Shown here piece after piece: positions 59,448 to 64,000 of a DNA stretch of 64,000 nucleotides. The stretch's first letter is position 1. Every line of letters starts with the position of its first letter. Both the position numbers and the translations under genes were made by a program. The notes beneath the pieces were generated by a model. It searched no databases, was not told the origin of the DNA, and was given only the letters and a program-made list of their open reading frames with translations. Location of the stretch: the NCBI GenBank assembly GCA_032718475.1, contig JAUCBJ010007436.1, forward strand, positions 15,126-79,125, read 5' to 3'. The DNA comes from Nemertoderma westbladi (taxonomy: Eukaryota; Animalia; Xenacoelomorpha).

Positions 59448-62400
59448 ATATATCGACTTATGGGAGTCCCAGATAATCTGGTGGACTATTGGCGATCCTG
59501 TGGGAATGATGATGGGTTTCGGTGGTACGACTATGCTGTTGTTGTATCCCACCCTAGAATTCATTACTAGAATCCCGTCGTCATTAGGTTGTGGCGACAG
59601 CGTGATCAGCTCGCTGTCCCGTCGAAGGTGCTGTTGGTTACCGACGCGTTCCACCTCGTCGCCATAGTTCTTCCGTTGTTCATAGCGGATGACTGCCTTG
59701 GCCGCTCCTTCCAGATCTATTGTTGTCCTGATCTTCTTGTCCTTGCCAACTCCCATGAGGAAATTCCCGAAGGCTCTCCAGTACGCCACTAATTTCTTGG
59801 TCTTATACCAACTAGAACTGTAGCTGAGGAGTTTATCCGTCGGGTTATCGCATAGTTCTTGTTTTGGTTGCACGTCCCTAATCTCCCTCACCATCTGGGA
59901 GTATATCTCTTCTCCCTCTGAATCTCCCTCTTCTCCTTCTGACACTACTTCTGAGCCCGGGTCCACCTTTCTCATCGGCGGCCAGGCCTCCTTATCGCTC
60001 AGAAATTGTGGCCCGTGTTGCCACAATACTTCCTTCTTCAAGAAAGTGTGGCGTACCACGCCCCTCGACAACAAGTCCGCTGGGTTCTCGTCCGTTGGGC
60101 AGTAGTGCCACCTTTCCAGTTCTGTGGTCGCCCTTATTTCGTCCACTCTATTTGCGACGAATATTGGGTATCTCGTCCTTTCGTTATGTAGCCAACCAAG
60201 CACTACCATGGAGTCCGTCCAGTAGTGTGTCTCCACTATGTTGGGAATAGTATCCACTAGGTAGGCTGTGGCTCTAACTCCTAGTCTCGCAGCTGTCAAT
60301 TCTAATTTGGGAACTGATGCTGAATCTGGCGGCGTTGACTTTGCTTTGCTAAAGGCCAGTCTGGGCTTGTGAGCCCCCTCTCGTTGTACTAAATAGAGTG
60401 CCGCTCCGTACGCCTCCAACGACGCATCGGAGAACATGTGTAGGTCCAGATTCGTCATGTTCCCATCCGGGAAATACACTCGTGGCATGTTGTATGTTCC
60501 CATCTTCTCCAAGTCTCCTGTCCACTTACTCCACTGTTTCTTGATTTCCTCTGGTACCTCTACGTCCCACTCATCCTTCAATTTGTATACTCTCTTGAGT
60601 ATCTGTTTCCCCGTGACTAATAATGGGGATGCTAGGCCTAGGGGATCGTATATCCTTGCTATATACGATACATAGCCCCTCTTCGTGTGGATGTCTGCGC
60701 CCTCCTGGCTCAGCTGATACTTCAGTTCGTCTGTCTCTCTGTTCCACACGATTCCCAATGCCTTCTGTTGAGATTCTGTTCTCTTGTTCGCCATGTCCTG
60801 CCCTTTGGCTGTTGTGGGATTATCCATGGTCGATTCTGGTCTCTTGTCCTCTATCGCCTTGATAAATTCTTCCGAACTGGATTGGAATTTGGTCAGGTTA
60901 AAGCCGGATCCTTTTAGGATGTCGCGAACCTCGCGCCCTGTGTCCAGTATCTCCTTAACCGTATTTCCAGACTCCATTCCGTCGTCTACGTAGAAGCCGC
61001 GTCGAATCATATCGACGGCCCTAGTGCTGTATCTATCTTCCTTCCCCTTCACTGTATCTCTCACTGCCATAGTCGTCGTAAATGAAGACGACTTGGCTCC
61101 CATGTTTTGTACTACCATCTTATATGCCGGTATTATCGGCGGTTCTTCCTCGCCGTTATACCATAAGAAGCGTTGACTGTCGCTATCTTCCTCCGTTACA
61201 CGGACTTGGTTGAACATGCCTTCTATGTCACACGTGAAGGCGTGTTTCCCATTCCTAAATCTAAGTAGGACCTCTATGCCCGAGTTGTATATGTTTGGAC
61301 CTTCTAACAGATAGTCGTTTAAGCATTTTCCGTTGGTCTTTGCCGATGCGTCAACTACCATCCGCAGTTTACCTTTCTTTGGGTCTAAAGCCACGTGGAG
61401 TGGCAGGTAATATGTCCTGTCCGTGTTCGGTTCGTCGACCGGTAACTCCACGGCCCATCCTTTCTCGACGTACTTCTTAATCGTTCTGTGGATGTACTCA
61501 TTCTTCTCGGGGCTCCGTTTTAGTGTTTGTTTCAGCTTGCGGAGTCTCGTGAGTACCATCCCTCTATTATCGGGCAGTGGTATCTTCGGTAGTTTCCATA
61601 CCATTCCTATAGTATACCGCCCCTCATCGCACTTCATAGACTCCTCCACGCTTTGTAAAGCCTGCTTGTCTTCTACCGAGGTCCCGACCCCGGTCTCTTT
61701 CAGTCCCTCGAAATCTTGTCTGAGCAGTCTTTTAAGCTGCTCCTCTGCTCCCTCATCACCCATTTCCTGCATTGTTCCCGCGAACATGCATCCTGATGTC
61801 TCCGACATCCTAAATGGTATCTTGCTCTTGATTGGGCCACTCAGCGTCCACCCGAATGGTGTTAATATCGCCACCGGGTCACACTGCTTGTCTTCGCCGA
61901 AGACCGTTTGCATTCTTTCGTGGGCCGTTGGGCAGTCCATTCCTACTATGATGGATACCTTCCTAACGTCCACATCTGGGATTGAGAAGTCAATGTCGTC
62001 CAGGAATTTATATTGCTCGACCTCGATGTTGGTTGGCCGCCTGGCATTGATATTAATTGACTCTATCACTTGGATGGGGTCGATGGTTGCCCCATAGTCG
62101 CATCCCGGTGCCACCGCTGCAATTGCGCACCGTCCGGTTCTCATCTCCAGGATCTCATCTTTGCTAGAGATGGTTGTTACCGCCATTCTGCTTGGCCTCG
62201 TTCTCAATCCTATCTCTTCGGCCACCCATTCCTCGACTAATGTGAAGGCAGCTCCACTATCAACCAGCATTAGTGTTGTTACTGATCGATTGCCTTCTCC
62301 AATCACTCGCACGGGTACTACCCCAAGTAACACCGTTCCTCTCTTCTTCGCCCCTACTGTGCTCGTTGCCATCGTTTGGCCTCTCCTTTGACCAAACTTG

Positions 62401-62860
62401 ACCGGCTTCTCCTTGCATTCCCTAGCTCTATGTCCACTCATCACACATCGCGAGCAGATCTTATTGCTCAACGCATAATCTATCTGATCTTGCCTAGGTA
62501 GCGCCTGCCAGTACCTGCAGTTCATGGTTTGATGAAGCGCATTTGCGTGTAGCTGGCATTTGCTCTTTGGGTCGTAGCCCTCCTTATACAGTGCATCGCG
62601 TATCGCAGCTGCGTTTGTACCAAAGTCCCTACTATTCTTATTGTTTGGATTCGGCCTACTGGACGTATTGGGGTTATATTTATTCGTGTTGTTATTGTTC
62701 CCCTGTCCGTTCCATGGTGTGGTCTTACTTTCGGCTATCTGTGGACTCGCAGTCCCCTGCGTCGCTGCATATGGCAATGATTGCCTGAGCCTCGGTAATG
62801 CGTTTGATGTATTGTGCTCTGGTTTCGGTCTATGGTAATCCGTCTTCGGTCCCTTTCCCA
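59448..62860 (-). CDS. BEL Gag C-terminus/protease/RT/RNase H
   Basis: Zn knuckles CQLH..H..C and CSRCVMSGHRAREC; LVDSGA; YLPLH, LRMVVDAS, DIEGMFNQV, FYVDDG; YDPLG, FSDAS, PKLEL, WTDS, NPAD. Confidence 0.92.
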
Positions 62861-64000
62861 GGCTATCTTCGCTATAGTGGAGAAAGCGATTTTCCTCCAC
62901 TTGTTGCGCAGCCAGTTCGGTAGTGCCTGCGCTATCGTGGTGATGTTGTTGGACGCGTTGAGCTCGTATGGCGCGTCTAGCGTCTTCAGCACGATTAGTG
63001 CCTTTTCGACTTTGTTAGCGAACGTCTTAATGCTAACGGGATTATCTTGTAGGCCACCCGATGTTATGCCTCTCAGTGTCTGTCTGATGATCTTGGCCGG
63101 GTGCCCGTATTCCCTATCCAGTGCCCGCCATGCTGTCGTGAAGCCGCCCTCTATGCCTTGATATTGCCTCACGATGTCGTATGCTGGGCCTCCCGTGTAT
63201 ACTTGCAGATATTTTAGGCACTCCGCCTGCGTCAAGTTCTTTGTTAGTATTTCGTTACTATACATACGCCGAAACTGTAGATATTCTTCCGGCCTACTCC
63301 CATCGAATTTGAATGGTTCCACGGGTGGTAACTCGATCCTCGTTTTCAACGCATCGATCAACGTGGCCATCCCCATCGCCTGCGCTTCCAATGGATTCGA
63401 TGGATGCTGTATGGTTTCTCCTGTCTGGTGCGGTCCGTCCGTCCTATTTCTTGACTTTCTTTGACTTGGGTATGTCATTGGGGGTAGCGGCCCCCTCCAT
63501 ATTTCTGTGTCACACGACCTATTTTCATCCAAGGGACTCGTTGTTCTTGCTCCTATCGGGGTATATTGTTGATATTGTGATGGGGGAATGTCACCCTGTC
63601 CCCCCCCACCGGTATGTTTGGTACTGGGGTTGATGTTAATATGTTGGGGCCCATACACCTATCCGCAATAATTCCCCCCTCCCCTGGGTATATGTTATGT
63701 CCCTGCATGCTGTAGTCATACTGCTGTACTGGTACCGGTATAGGCCTATCAGCTTCTGGCCTACCCGCCGGTATGTATTCCGCGACTTCCGGGTTTAATC
63801 CCGTTGTCCGCGCTATCCTATCGCCTACATTGCCTCTGTCAGCATGGCCTATGGTATGTGCAGTAAGGCCTACAGTATGTCCTACAGTCTGCATGTGTCG
63901 CTCGGGATCGAAGTTTATTCTTCTCGAATAGTCCTCCCCGCGGCTACCGTATTCTCGATCGGTAGGTGTATTCCGTCGGAAAGTTTCTCTTCGACCCCCC
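62850..64000 (-). CDS. BEL Gag (interrupted by frameshifts, continues beyond window)
   Basis: LNPEVAEYIP motif in frame of ORF 63553-63894; LPPVEPFKFDGS...YLQFRR...YLQVYTGGPA...LDREYG in ORF 62735-63658. Confidence 0.82.

Larger units (their letters stand above)
53812..64000 (-). mobile_element. BEL/Pao LTR retrotransposon with accessory ORF (5' part beyond window)
   Basis: BEL-type gag, PR, RT, RH, IN in order; PPT GGGGGGGAG (54246-54254) followed by TGTT-starting LTR. Confidence 0.88.

Overview
Repeat-rich animal (probably invertebrate) genomic DNA. Host genes: a 4-exon acid sphingomyelinase (SMPD1-like, 625 aa, 9074-31635 +) with a 19.2-kb third intron; an intronless antisense Ly6/uPAR-like GPI-protein gene nested in that intron; a highly divergent Rab/Ras-fold gene (34609-49193 +) with all G-boxes altered and satellite-filled introns; and a TMC-like exon remnant. 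Mobile elements: an intact young Ty3/Gypsy (265-bp LTRs, ACTG TSD, -1 frameshift site); an intact two-ORF CR1-group LINE inserted in a 30/31-bp satellite that is itself bounded by bipartite inverted repeats; a CRE-like RT-RLE non-LTR element; three Helentron/DINE-like non-autonomous elements with shared ends but different cargo (tRNA pseudogene, CTCF-like motif array, hAT fragment); SINEs; and a BEL/Pao LTR element running off the right edge. The best novelty candidate is an ~850-aa accessory ORF in the env position of the BEL element, combining a DEDDy-like 3'-5' exonuclease domain with three CCHC zinc knuckles. All calls are by-eye motif recognition; no database searches were run.
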